Notes under the pieces: model-generated
The model's database searches: none
What the model was told of the DNA's origin: nothing
What the model saw: the letters and a program-made list of their open reading frames with translations, nothing else
Made by a program: the position numbers and the translations under genes
Shown here: in pieces, positions 19,237 to 29,400 of the stretch
Position numbering within the stretch: position 1 is the stretch's first letter
Layout of the letters: each line of letters starts with the position of its first letter
Source of the DNA: Candidatus Poseidoniales archaeon
Lineage (GTDB): Archaea > Thermoplasmatota > Poseidoniia > Poseidoniales > Poseidoniaceae
Direction of reading: 5' to 3'
Assembly: GCA_003602415.1 (NCBI GenBank)
Contig: QQSK01000011.1
Location: 4,186 to 68,185, forward strand
DNA: 64,000 bases

Positions 19237-19704
19237 TTAGGCATAGGGACAGACGGTATTGAAGCGTTGCAGGCGTTCAAGTCTACGTACGCCATTTTCA
19301 TCTGACTCCGACATCGAGCGAATCGCTTCTTCGATTAATGCATGTTGATCTGGTTGTATTCCTAATAGAGTTCTGAGATTTTCAAGCATTGCCCATTCGT
19401 CTTCAGAAATGACTTCATCATCTAGAGCCGCAACTAACGCTGACTGGTAAGTAGTAGCATCTCCGACCTGGTGGCCTTCGTATTGTTCTGGATTCTGAAT
19501 CGGTGAAGGATCTATTCCACGAGCTACATCCAAAGCATCACCAACTGAAGAAGGAGCAACACCTAATGCGACAGCAAGTACTTTCAAAATTGATGCTTCA
19601 TCATCAGTAACGATATGATCATCTAATGCAGTGCTAAGAACTTCAAGATATAGATACAGTCCACGGCTAGGTACTAGTCCCATAAACACCCTAAATGGAT
19701 TCAC
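19237..19704 (-). CDS. hypothetical protein with two TerB/DjlA-N-like acidic helical repeats
   Basis: Internal duplication DDHIVTDDEASILKVLAVALGV / DDEVISEDEWAMLENLRTLLGI. The family call is tentative. Confidence 0.4.
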   Translation of the reverse strand: MNPFRVFMGLVPSRGLYLYLEVLSTALDDHIVTDDEASILKVLAVALGVAPSSVGDALDVARGIDPSPIQNPEQYEGHQVGDATTYQSALVAALDDEVISEDEWAMLENLRTLLGIQPDQHALIEEAIRSMSESDENGVRRLERLQRFNTVCPYA

Positions 19705-19720
19705 TGTTTGAGGGTTACCA

Positions 19721-20056
19721 TCATTCCTCTACAATGAATTCATCAATTTTAGCAATCGAAGAGATAAGTTCTGACTCCTCATTTTTCAAAATTGATATCA
19801 TGTCATCAACATACTGAGAACTATTGATTTGCCATTTGTTAGTGCTTGAACGTCTAGCAACTCCACATTTTTGCCAGAAATGAATCCCGTTTAGAACTGA
19901 ACTTTTTGACATTCCAGAGACCTTAGAAATCTCAGCTGTAGTTTTCTCATCACCTAGAGATAATTGAGATAGAACGAAAACCGCACTACCCGGTATTCCA
20001 AGACGACGAAGGAAGTTGAGATTGTCGTCCATGGTTGTCTGTGCATACGTCGTCAT
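19721..20056 (-). CDS. winged-helix transcriptional regulator (TrmB/MarR-like)
   Basis: 111 aa. TTAEISKVSGMSKSSVLNGIHFWQKCGV reads as an HTH plus wing. Divergent from the RHH gene. Confidence 0.55.
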   Translation of the reverse strand: MTTYAQTTMDDNLNFLRRLGIPGSAVFVLSQLSLGDEKTTAEISKVSGMSKSSVLNGIHFWQKCGVARRSSTNKWQINSSQYVDDMISILKNEESELISSIAKIDEFIVEE

Positions 20057-20084
20057 TTCAATATACTGCTCCAGGTTCAGCCTT

Positions 20085-20132
20085 TGTAATCACAAGTATT
20101 ACAAAATGTAATCAAATGTAATACATTATATA
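20085..20132. promoter_or_regulatory. TGTAAT/ATTACA repeat array plus TATA box between divergent regulator genes
   Basis: TGTAAT at 20085, 20107 and 20117, and inverted ATTACA at 20098 (TGTAAT-N7-ATTACA palindrome). TTATATA at 20126-20132. Confidence 0.45.
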
Positions 20133-20168
20133 CCGGATGGGGTGTGGATAAATTACGAGGGGAGCCGA

Positions 20169-20543
20169 ATGACCACACCGAGCACACTAGTTTCACTAAG
20201 AATTACAGAAGAGGAGATGTCTCTTCTTGATTCCAGAGTGGGCTTAGATGGAGCAAGAAACAGAAGTGATGTCATTAGAGCCGCAATCCGCTCATTCTTG
20301 GAAGGTCAACCACTTCTACCTGACATGGATACAATCACAATTCCAGTAGGACGCTCAATGAAGGCTAGACTAGGAGATCTGTACGAACTCCAAGGAATTA
20401 GCCCTGAGCAAGCCGCATCTCAAGGAATGCAAGATTATGTTCGACGCCTAATACAAGAAGAGGCACAATTGAATGAAATTCTAGCTGATGGCTTATCTGA
20501 AGCCAGAAGCAAGACTGAAAGACGCAAGGAGTTCACTGAGTGA
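20169..20543 (+). CDS. ribbon-helix-helix (CopG-like) DNA-binding protein with coiled-coil tail
   Basis: LVSLRITEEEMSLLDSRV..RSDVIRAAIRSFLE gives a beta-alpha-alpha pattern. The ATG at 20169 has a GAGGGGAG SD; the track start 20142 is GTG. Confidence 0.6.
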   Translation: MTTPSTLVSLRITEEEMSLLDSRVGLDGARNRSDVIRAAIRSFLEGQPLLPDMDTITIPVGRSMKARLGDLYELQGISPEQAASQGMQDYVRRLIQEEAQLNEILADGLSEARSKTERRKEFTE

Positions 20544-20547
20544 AAAC

Positions 20548-20857
20548 AGGGTGAGAGCCACATAATGGAGGGGATGGGAAAATGCGCTGGGAGGACGAAA
20601 TTGGAAACAATGATTCTCCCACCTTCCGAACTGATGTAACACTGCCAGGTAACATCTGTTTCGCTGCACTGCGTCTACGTGCTAAATTAGCTGCACAAAC
20701 TGGCAACCCAACACATGTCCCCCCGGAAGACCGGGGGGACTCCGATTCCGATCCTGCTTGTTGAGTAGGATTAGTTCCACACGCATCCGGACCCCACATC
20801 CGGGTGCAATCGATTCAAAACGGTGCAACCGCGTTAACCAAACCTCAACCTCAAATA
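20548..20857 (+). ncRNA. candidate structured RNA, identity unresolved
   Basis: 336-nt gap with no credible ORF. By hand count, 125 of 240 nt in 20581-20820 are G or C, against 25 of 60 in a nearby coding line. At least 5 stable hairpins are present, including a 10-bp stem at 20717-20740 and a GAAA tetraloop hairpin at 20600-20611. Two stems contain G-U pairs that exist only on the plus strand. Confidence 0.3.
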
Positions 20858-20879
20858 CCTTCGACGAAGGCATCAGGTT

Positions 20880-22940
20880 ATGGGTGATGTGGCGGGACTA
20901 TCTTGGCTTGCTCACCCAACTCCCAGAGAAGGGCAGCCGGAAATGATTGCTGCATGTCTGGACACATTGGCAAAGGGAGGAGCGCACCTTGCTAGCGCCC
21001 CAACAGGAATTGGAAAAACTGCAGCAGCTTTGGCTGCTGCATTGGAATTTGCTTCATCTTGTGAAGAGAAAAGAACCGTGATGTTCCTTACTCCAAGACA
21101 AAGTCAACACAGAATTGTCGTTGATACTGTTAGAAGAATAAATTCGATGCGTGAAGAAAAGGTAACTCTTGTCGACATGATAGGTCAATCTGGAATGTGT
21201 GTTGAACCATTTGCAGGTAATCGTGGTGCAAGTTTCTCACTCTTATGTTCAAATCATCGAAAGAATAAGCAATGCAGACCATGGTTAACCAATGCTCCTG
21301 AATTTGAAAGAAGAATCCTATCGGACCCAATGCATGTTGATGAATTGGTTGAGATGAGCAAAACACACATGGAAGATGGAGAAAAAAGACAAACTTGTCC
21401 TTGGAAAGCTGCTAGGAATGCGGGTAGGGAAGCACAAATAATCGTATGTGATTACAACCATCTTTTCATTGAAGAAGTTCGAACTGCATCACTCAAGGCT
21501 ATGGAATTGAATTTGGATGACTTGATTGTAATCGTAGATGAGGCACATAATCTTCCAGATAGAGTAAGAATGGGTATGCAGAGAAAACTGACACCAACAA
21601 TGGTCAGAAATGCTGCTAGCGAAGTTGAAGAACATCTTGGAGTAATGCAGCGTGCAGCACAGGTTTACGAAAATATGGTCGACCAAATTTCTATGAAGAA
21701 ATGGTCTCTTGATGTTTGCAAAGAATTCCGATTAATATTGGCAAGAGAATTTCGTCGGATGCTCTCCGAATTGAATGCCGACAAAGAGATGTTAATTCAA
21801 GCAAATGATGTACTAGATTGGCTCAATGAGGCCTTTGATGCAGTATCTGCAGTAGCCAATCAATCGACACTTACCGGAGAGAAAAATACATTCACTAATC
21901 CAGATAAGTTATCCAGACTAAAGATGTTCAAACATCTTCTTGAAACCAATGAAGTGGATGTAGACGAAGATGGAGATAACGAGCCTTCTGCACACTTACT
22001 TGCGCATCTACTCGACGTATTGGATAGATTTAGTTCAGGAACTGCTCTGTGTTTGGTTTTCGAAGGTGAAGGAAAAGATGGAAGAATTGTCACTCATTTA
22101 CTGGATGCTGGTTTGGTAGCAGGCCCGATTTTTGAGAGAGTTAGTGGTGCAATTTTGATGTCGGGAACGTTAGATCCCCCTCACATGTTTGCCGATTTAT
22201 TAGGAATCGATGTTGAGATGAGAGGTGAATCGATTCATCCTTCACCTTTCGCAAAAAAGAGAAGACCAATAGTCGTAGCAACCGATGTAACTACATTATA
22301 TCGAGCTAGGACTCCTGAAAATAATGAGAAAATCCAAGCGCATATTCGTTCAGTAGTGCAAAATACACCAGGAAATGTGGCTGTTTTCGTACCATCCTAT
22401 TCAGCATTGAATCAGATTTTTGATGAGATGTTCTACATACCTGGAGTGAAGAAGGTAGTAGAATCTAAAATGTGGACTAAGAAGGACATAAATGCACTAA
22501 TGTTGGAGTTGGAAGATGCTCCAAAGGTTGGTAGAAAAATCGTTCTAGCAGGTGTTTTTAATGGTAGATTGTCCGAAGGAGTAGACTATGCTGGAGGTCT
22601 TTTAGATTCCGTGATTTGTGTTGGAATTCAGAATGCTCCTCCGTCTGTATTTCAGAAATCATATGCCGATTATATCAAAGATAAGTTTGGAAAATCTAAC
22701 TTTTGGAGATATGCAAACTCACAACCTGCAATCAATACAATTCTGCAAGCGATGGGACGACCTATACGTGCAAAGGGGGATAGAGCACTCATTGTATTAC
22801 TAGATAGAAGAAATCTCGACCGAACATATTCTATTTGTTATCCCCCTGGAATAATGATGAATCAAGTCAGCAATGCTGAGGGTTCAGGAAGGTTTGCAAA
22901 GCGGTTTTTCTCTAAAGTTAAACGAGAAGTGGACATCTGA
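20880..22940 (+). CDS. xpd: XPD/Rad3-family 5'-3' DNA helicase (SF2, Fe-S domain)
   Basis: Walker A APTGIGKT and DEAH box VDEAHNL. A Cys-rich insert lies between them (MCVEPF..LCSNHRKNKQCRPW..TCPW). C-terminal motifs include QAMGRPIR. Confidence 0.85.
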   Translation: MGDVAGLSWLAHPTPREGQPEMIAACLDTLAKGGAHLASAPTGIGKTAAALAAALEFASSCEEKRTVMFLTPRQSQHRIVVDTVRRINSMREEKVTLVDMIGQSGMCVEPFAGNRGASFSLLCSNHRKNKQCRPWLTNAPEFERRILSDPMHVDELVEMSKTHMEDGEKRQTCPWKAARNAGREAQIIVCDYNHLFIEEVRTASLKAMELNLDDLIVIVDEAHNLPDRVRMGMQRKLTPTMVRNAASEVEEHLGVMQRAAQVYENMVDQISMKKWSLDVCKEFRLILAREFRRMLSELNADKEMLIQANDVLDWLNEAFDAVSAVANQSTLTGEKNTFTNPDKLSRLKMFKHLLETNEVDVDEDGDNEPSAHLLAHLLDVLDRFSSGTALCLVFEGEGKDGRIVTHLLDAGLVAGPIFERVSGAILMSGTLDPPHMFADLLGIDVEMRGESIHPSPFAKKRRPIVVATDVTTLYRARTPENNEKIQAHIRSVVQNTPGNVAVFVPSYSALNQIFDEMFYIPGVKKVVESKMWTKKDINALMLELEDAPKVGRKIVLAGVFNGRLSEGVDYAGGLLDSVICVGIQNAPPSVFQKSYADYIKDKFGKSNFWRYANSQPAINTILQAMGRPIRAKGDRALIVLLDRRNLDRTYSICYPPGIMMNQVSNAEGSGRFAKRFFSKVKREVDI

Positions 22941-22975
22941 AAGGTTCAATATGTTCGGCCTCTGGAGTAGATACT

Positions 22976-23395
22976 ATGGAAGAATGGGAAGATGTCGAAA
23001 TAAAGCAGGTCAGTGATGGTCTAGATGCATCTCCTACAGAACTGCATGCTGCATTCGAATTGTCCGGAGACCACCTCGCAGAGGTTCGTGATAGACACAC
23101 AATGATGCTGGTAACTTCAGGTGAACTACCAGAGAAGCATATGGCAAATATTGCTCCTGAGAGAAGACTTGATTGGATGATCGATGAATTAAACGGTAGA
23201 CTTCACAGCGATGGCCTGTCCATTCCATTACATGGAGCTGAAATGGATGCAATCAATCTAACTAAAGGTCAAATCGAGGGACATAGTATTCTCAAACTCA
23301 AGGTTGGTAATTTCGAAAGAAATCTGCCACTGCCAGCAAGTGTCGAAACCGTGAGCGCCGTAATGAAAGACGGCGTTCTCGATGTTCGATGGTAA
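22976..23395 (+). CDS. hypothetical protein with Hsp20/alpha-crystallin-like C-terminus
   Basis: Only the C-terminal NFERNLPLPASVETVSAVMKDGVLDVRW resembles an ACD end. The N-terminal part is not typical. Confidence 0.35.
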   Translation: MEEWEDVEIKQVSDGLDASPTELHAAFELSGDHLAEVRDRHTMMLVTSGELPEKHMANIAPERRLDWMIDELNGRLHSDGLSIPLHGAEMDAINLTKGQIEGHSILKLKVGNFERNLPLPASVETVSAVMKDGVLDVRW

Positions 23396-23400
23396 TTTAA

Positions 23401-26400
23401 TCAGCGATTTGGAATATCTCCAATTTGACCGATCTCATTAGCAACTCTAGTCAGTGCTTCCTGTGCACTAGTCTTGTGGACTTGTCCCATCTCGTGTCGG
23501 CTGTAACGTGCTTCTTCGAATACAGAATCTAGTGCAGATAATGATTCCTCGGATAGATTAGGCAGTGCTGCTCTAATAGCCATCTCGAATTCTCTAACGG
23601 TTTCGAAATCTCGTCGCAGGAATCCTCTACCCATCAATAAGTGAACTAGACTTTCATAACATTGGAAAATAGCCTCACGCATTGAATCGCCTGCAGCAAG
23701 TAACTCTGCAGTGTAAGAGAAGATATCTGCAATCTCTTTTGCTGCATCCTCTGCTCTTCTTCTTAGAACGACGAATGTAGTTACGCCTGCAAGTAATAAT
23801 GCGATGAATACATAGAACCATACAGATTCGAATATCGAGGTTTCTTCACCTTCGTAGGAATAATCTGGAGTGATTCCAGAATTGAATTGAGTGTTAAACT
23901 CTGTCATCGAATTATCCGAAATCACGAAGTTGGATGTGATTGACATCTTCAAAGTCAATTCTCCATATTCTGATGCATCACCATATGGAGGCTCGGCATT
24001 AAATTCGAAAGAAGCGGTTCCACTCGAATCTGTTACAATAACAACCTCATCTAGACGTGTGCCGCTTTCATTCTCCAGATAAACAGAGATTGCAATTCCT
24101 TCAACACCATCGCCAGTGTCTTTAGCAACCAATTCAATATCACCTTTCACAACTTCTTGCTCATTTTCAACTATAGGCTCAATGTCTACATCGAATGGAG
24201 TTTCAAGATCAATTCTGACCGATATTGAATCTGTCCAAGAATTGCCTTCTCGCAGATATAGCGATGAGTTTTGAGGTGTTTGAATATTCAATTGCATTTG
24301 CCCTGGCTCTATCCATGAAGGAGCAGTAGCGACGATAGTGTATGTTCCACCATTCCAAATTACACTCTCGATATTGATACAACGGGCCTCTGTTCCACTT
24401 GAATCACAATTAATTCCATTTCCAAGAATGAGTGCTGCATCATCTATGAGTACTCCTTGTCCACCAATCTCAGTTACTCTACCTGTGATCTGAATCCTGT
24501 GCTCAACTCCATCTCCTCTGACCACATATGTATTGGCTGAATCGATATGAACGGTTACATCTGCCCATACGGTGATTGTTTGATTGGATGCCACAGGCAG
24601 ATGGCCTGGACTTCCTTCAAAGTCAAATGTCATGATGTGATTACCACGTGCATAGGAAGATTCAGCTCTTATGGAAGTGCTGAATTCACCATTGATAGAT
24701 GTTACAACCGTATCTACAAGTGAGCCTCCGATGTAGATAGAAATTGTCTCACCTGCTAATCCATCATTCAATGCTGTGTCAATATCGTACAATGTACCTG
24801 TGATTTCCCAGAAATCATCTCTAGTAGCATCATTATCTGAAATGCTAACCGTCATTCCTGTACGATGTGCCAAGAAGAATGTCGTATTTCCTTGTCCAGA
24901 ACGGTACCAGCCTTGGGCAGGTACATCTGCGATTACAGTGTGATTACCGTCTGCAAAGATGTTAGGGACTTGCCAATTGAAACTGAAGTTTCCATTTGCA
25001 TCGGTTGTTGCATTTCCAATCGAGACTCCTTCAACAGTTACCAATACGAACATGTTTGCTAATGGATTTAGTTGGTTATCTCCAACGAATCCATCGACAG
25101 TGGTTAATTGCTCAACAGCAAGTGGTGATTCGATATTCACTTGTACAAAGATCTTGGAGAATATATTCCAAGTTCCATTATTTGTTGAAGGTAGATATCC
25201 TACTGAACCAGTAAATCTAGTTTCTAACAAGACAGGGCCCAATTCTGCATCGGCAGGAACTGGGTGAATTGCTGTGAAAGAACCATCTGCAGTTGTGGTT
25301 ACATTGGTAAGGAAAACTCCTCCCAACCAGATTTCAATGGATTCGCCTTCGAGAGGATTGTCCACTATGTCCAAGAGACGACCTTGAACTGTTAGAGTAT
25401 CCTCACGGTCAACTTGACCTCCTTGAGTGATTAACAGTATCTTGGTAGGAACTGCCACTGTGAAGTTCACTGAATCTGAACTTGGGTGATAGAAATCTGG
25501 GTTTGCACTATCACCATCTCCTACAGGGTCGACCCAATCTCTTCCTCCAGCAAAGCTCACGATTATGTTATGCTGTCCTGCATTGATACTTTCTGGAGAG
25601 TTCCATGCGAACATAAACATTCCATCAGCAGAATTCGATTGAACACTTGAAACTGGTACTCCATCGACCAATAGATAAACAACTGCAATTGAGTTGTTTC
25701 CATCTATCTGTAATGGTAAGCCAAGGTCATCTAGTAGTGTACCATTGACATAGAGAACATCTCCTGCAGTAATGGCCGATGAACTTTCAGTGATGTTGAC
25801 AACAGTTTGACCAAGGACTACGAAAGTGACACTTGCGGTATCTCCAACTAGCCCGGTAGTTCCAGGTATTCCTGTAAACTCTGCATCTAGATCATGGAAT
25901 CCTACCTGCACATCAGCAGGCACTGTTAGATTCACATCTACAACACCCATTGAGTCAGTAGTTCCAATTGTCGTCACGCTTGTACCGTTTAGAGAAACTG
26001 TGACTTGGGCTCCAACGACTGCAGCGCCTGTATTGTCAAACAATTGCAATCTTGCATTTACATCATCTCCACGGTCAGTTCTATCATTGAGGGACGGTTG
26101 GTTAACCCCATCAAGTGAAGGAGATACAAACGTTAGAGTCGTATACCCTCGACTATCGAAGGATTGATTCGCACTAGAACCAGAATAATAGTTCACCGAA
26201 GGGATATATTGTGCTTCGGCAATATGTGTGCCTGCACCAAACCCGGAAGACAGGGCGATATTGGCTGTCCAACTTCCATTAGCCTGTATTTGTCCGTTAG
26301 TCAAAGTAAATCCTGTTGCATTTCCATCGATTGTGAACAGAACATTCGCAGTCAATTGATTGCCGTTCCTCAACTGAAGTGCGCTTCCGTTATCGCTTTC

Positions 26401-29400
26401 TATCGTTCCAGTAATTGTAAACGAATCTCCAGCAACAGGGTTTGCAACTATTGGGTCAACAACCATTACTGTAGTAGAGCGAATGGTTACTGTAGACAAA
26501 TTCCTTTGCGTGGATAATAAGTCGAAAGTACCATTGTAATACATTGAAATTGTAATCAAACCTAGTGGCTGATCGAAAGGAACATTGTAAACGAAATCTG
26601 TTCTTCCTTGAGCGTCAGTAGTGTTCGAAGGTAACCATGTTTCATCGAATTGAACATCGATAACATAACCACCAAGCGGTTGGAACATATTCGAAGACTC
26701 AACCATTTGTAATGTGATATTTACATCAGAACCACGGTTTACAATAATCGGGTTGAGAGGTTGAACATTTTCGAACAATGTAACTCCTTGAACCAAAATC
26801 GAATGGTTACTTGAATCGGTTAGATAGAATGGAGAAGAGTCCTCCACAACTGAAATTATCAGATCTCGAGGGCCTCTTTGAGTACCGTTATTCAAAACAT
26901 CAGTAGGTACTGAGAGATTGAAACTTCCATTGATAGAAGTGTAGACTCCATTGACTAACTTTTCATCCGGGTTGTCCAGCCAGAACATTTCTAATGCAAC
27001 AGCGGTTGTTAGATTTCTGCTAGCATTATCGCCATCCTCAACTTGTCCAATAACTTGGAAATTAACTCCTGCAGTAATGGTTGAAGGAATTGAATCGATT
27101 CTAATGTTTGAAGGGACTTGTACTGTGACATTGATGTCTGTAAAGTTTCCATAATGTCTAGTTGCTCCAGCTATCTTTGGAGAAGTGACATCATCAAGAA
27201 CTTCCATTCTCAAGACATATTGTCCTGGGTCCACACCAGATACAAGCCAAGTTAGAGTAGCATTTCCATCTGCAGCACTTGTTGCACTTCCAATAGAGAT
27301 ATTCGCACCACCATAGTCTAGAATGTAGTTGACTTGAGAACCGCTAACGTTGGAATTGTCTGTAACATCTCCTACTCTGACGGTTAGATCTACAGAACTA
27401 TTCATCACAGCTATGACATCAGAGCCGGGGGGCGTCGTAAGAACAACCTCTGACTCAATACCCCATGTTGTGGAAGGTATCTGTGGAGGTGAAGGAGGAG
27501 TTGCTGTATCTACCCAAATGAAGTACGCACCTCCAACTGGTGCTAATGAATCAAAGTCAGTGATCACTTCGATATCATAGACAGAAGATGGTAGGATATC
27601 TGGTGCTGTAATACTAATGTTGTAAGTTCCAGTTGTGTTATTGAGAACACCATTCGCTAGGTCAACAATACCTTCAGGAGTTATCATTTGTATCATAATT
27701 ACCGAATCGTTTCCTAGAACTGCTGTTCCATGTACCGAATCGGTGATATCACCAACTATCCAAGTGGTATTTCGCAGATATGTCCAATCATCGATTACTG
27801 TTACAGTTAGGTCAACAGTACCCATAATTCTCAACGATGAAGTATTAGTTGTGGATTGGAAGTATTCATTTCCACCAAATGACATGTCAAATGTGTAATC
27901 TCCCGCAAAGAGATTAGCATTGGTGGCGAATGTAGGTGAAATTGTACTTGAGTCTGGGTCTGAAGTAGTATTTACAGTCGTACCATCAAAGTCAAAAGTA
28001 AATGTTCCACTCAGATTCAAATCAAATTGACCACCCAAATGGTCCGTCACTTGAACAATTATTCCAACATCATTTCCACGAATCTGAGGATTGGCTTGTA
28101 ATTCGAAGAATAACAGCCCTTGTAACCACCAAGGTGTTCCAGATGTATTGACTGAATCAGTAGCCTCTAGATCATCAGGATAGAAAATTAATTGCAATTC
28201 GATTTGTCCAGCTTTAACTGTGGTATCATTCATAGTCAAAACATGAGATATTGCAAATGAACCGTTTACGGACTGATTGAATAATTCAATGAAAGTTCCA
28301 CCGCCGTTCAATTCACGCATACCGAACGAAAGGTTACCCGATAATGCAACAGGTGTCGCGCCGAAAGAGTTAGCCGAACCATTGATGTAAACCAATTCAT
28401 CAATCTGTAGAATTGAATTGTTCGCCCCAGGGCCTTCAATAACAGCAGTTAGGTTTGGAGCATCTCTGATATCCATAGTTATGGAATGGGTAGAAGGACG
28501 AAGGTGGAATTGAGGACCTCCGACCGATTGAGATGTATCTTGCCATCCACTGAAACCAAGTGTTGCAGAAATATTGGTCTTTGTCTCTAGTTCATCCAAT
28601 GTAACATTGATTTCCCAAACACCATCAGGTCCAACAGAACCAGTTAGATTAGTTGCTCCATTAACTGAAGATACGAAATCAAGCCAAATTTCTAGATTGC
28701 CCAACTCATCTGCACCGCCTGTTTCATTATTTTCAAACAATAATTGCCCTGACAAAATGGTAGTAGCACCAGCACCAAGTACCGGTTGGTCGATTGCTGC
28801 AGGCTGGGAATGATTGATTACAGAATCATCGGTCATATTGATGAAAACTCCAAGGTCTAATCCATCATGTGATACATATCCATTCTGAATGTGTTCCAGA
28901 ACAATACTTGCATATCCTGGTGCAGCAGGAGATTGCATTGAACCGTTGATTGAGAAGTTACCGTTAGCATCGGTAGTAATTGTTCCAAACAGATTGTCGA
29001 TAGAACCTGCAGGGCCAGGAACATTTCCAACATCATCTACGCTTACAACAAATCCTCTAAGGGTGATATCCGGTATAGCTGTGGAATTTTCAACATACTG
29101 TAAGGTTCCAGAAACCGTAACTTCGACCTGATTATCACGATCGTAGGTTGTTGGAGACCAAGTTAGATTCACCACTTCAATCTCTTCAGGTGTAGGACAC
29201 GCATCGAATGGAATCCATCCTAAATCATCTCCACCACTTCCAGCAGTCGTTTCTAGACGAACTTCTCCCCACTGAGCGATATTACCGCCATAAACGGCAT
29301 ATCCATTGCCAGTCCAGGAACCGCCTTTGTAACCAGTTACGAATCTTGCAGGTAGGCCTGCAAGTCTTGCCATAGTTACGAATACTGTAGTAAATTCAGA

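Noticed and set aside
20548-20857. Assignment of the structured region as RNase P RNA or SRP (7S) RNA
   Set aside because: I looked for CR-I GGAAAGUCC and a matching P4 partner, and for SRP helix-8 GGAA tetraloop plus AGCA and the long helix 5. Only weak resemblances were present (GGAAAAUGCGC, UGCCAGGUAAC, UGUAAC), and the order and spacing do not fit. It is left unassigned pending cmscan.
20533-20946. Small ORFs (88, 60, 63 and 62 aa) in the RHH-XPD gap
   Set aside because: They mutually overlap on both strands, are Pro/Arg/Ser-rich, and have no start context. The region is better explained as structured RNA or leader.
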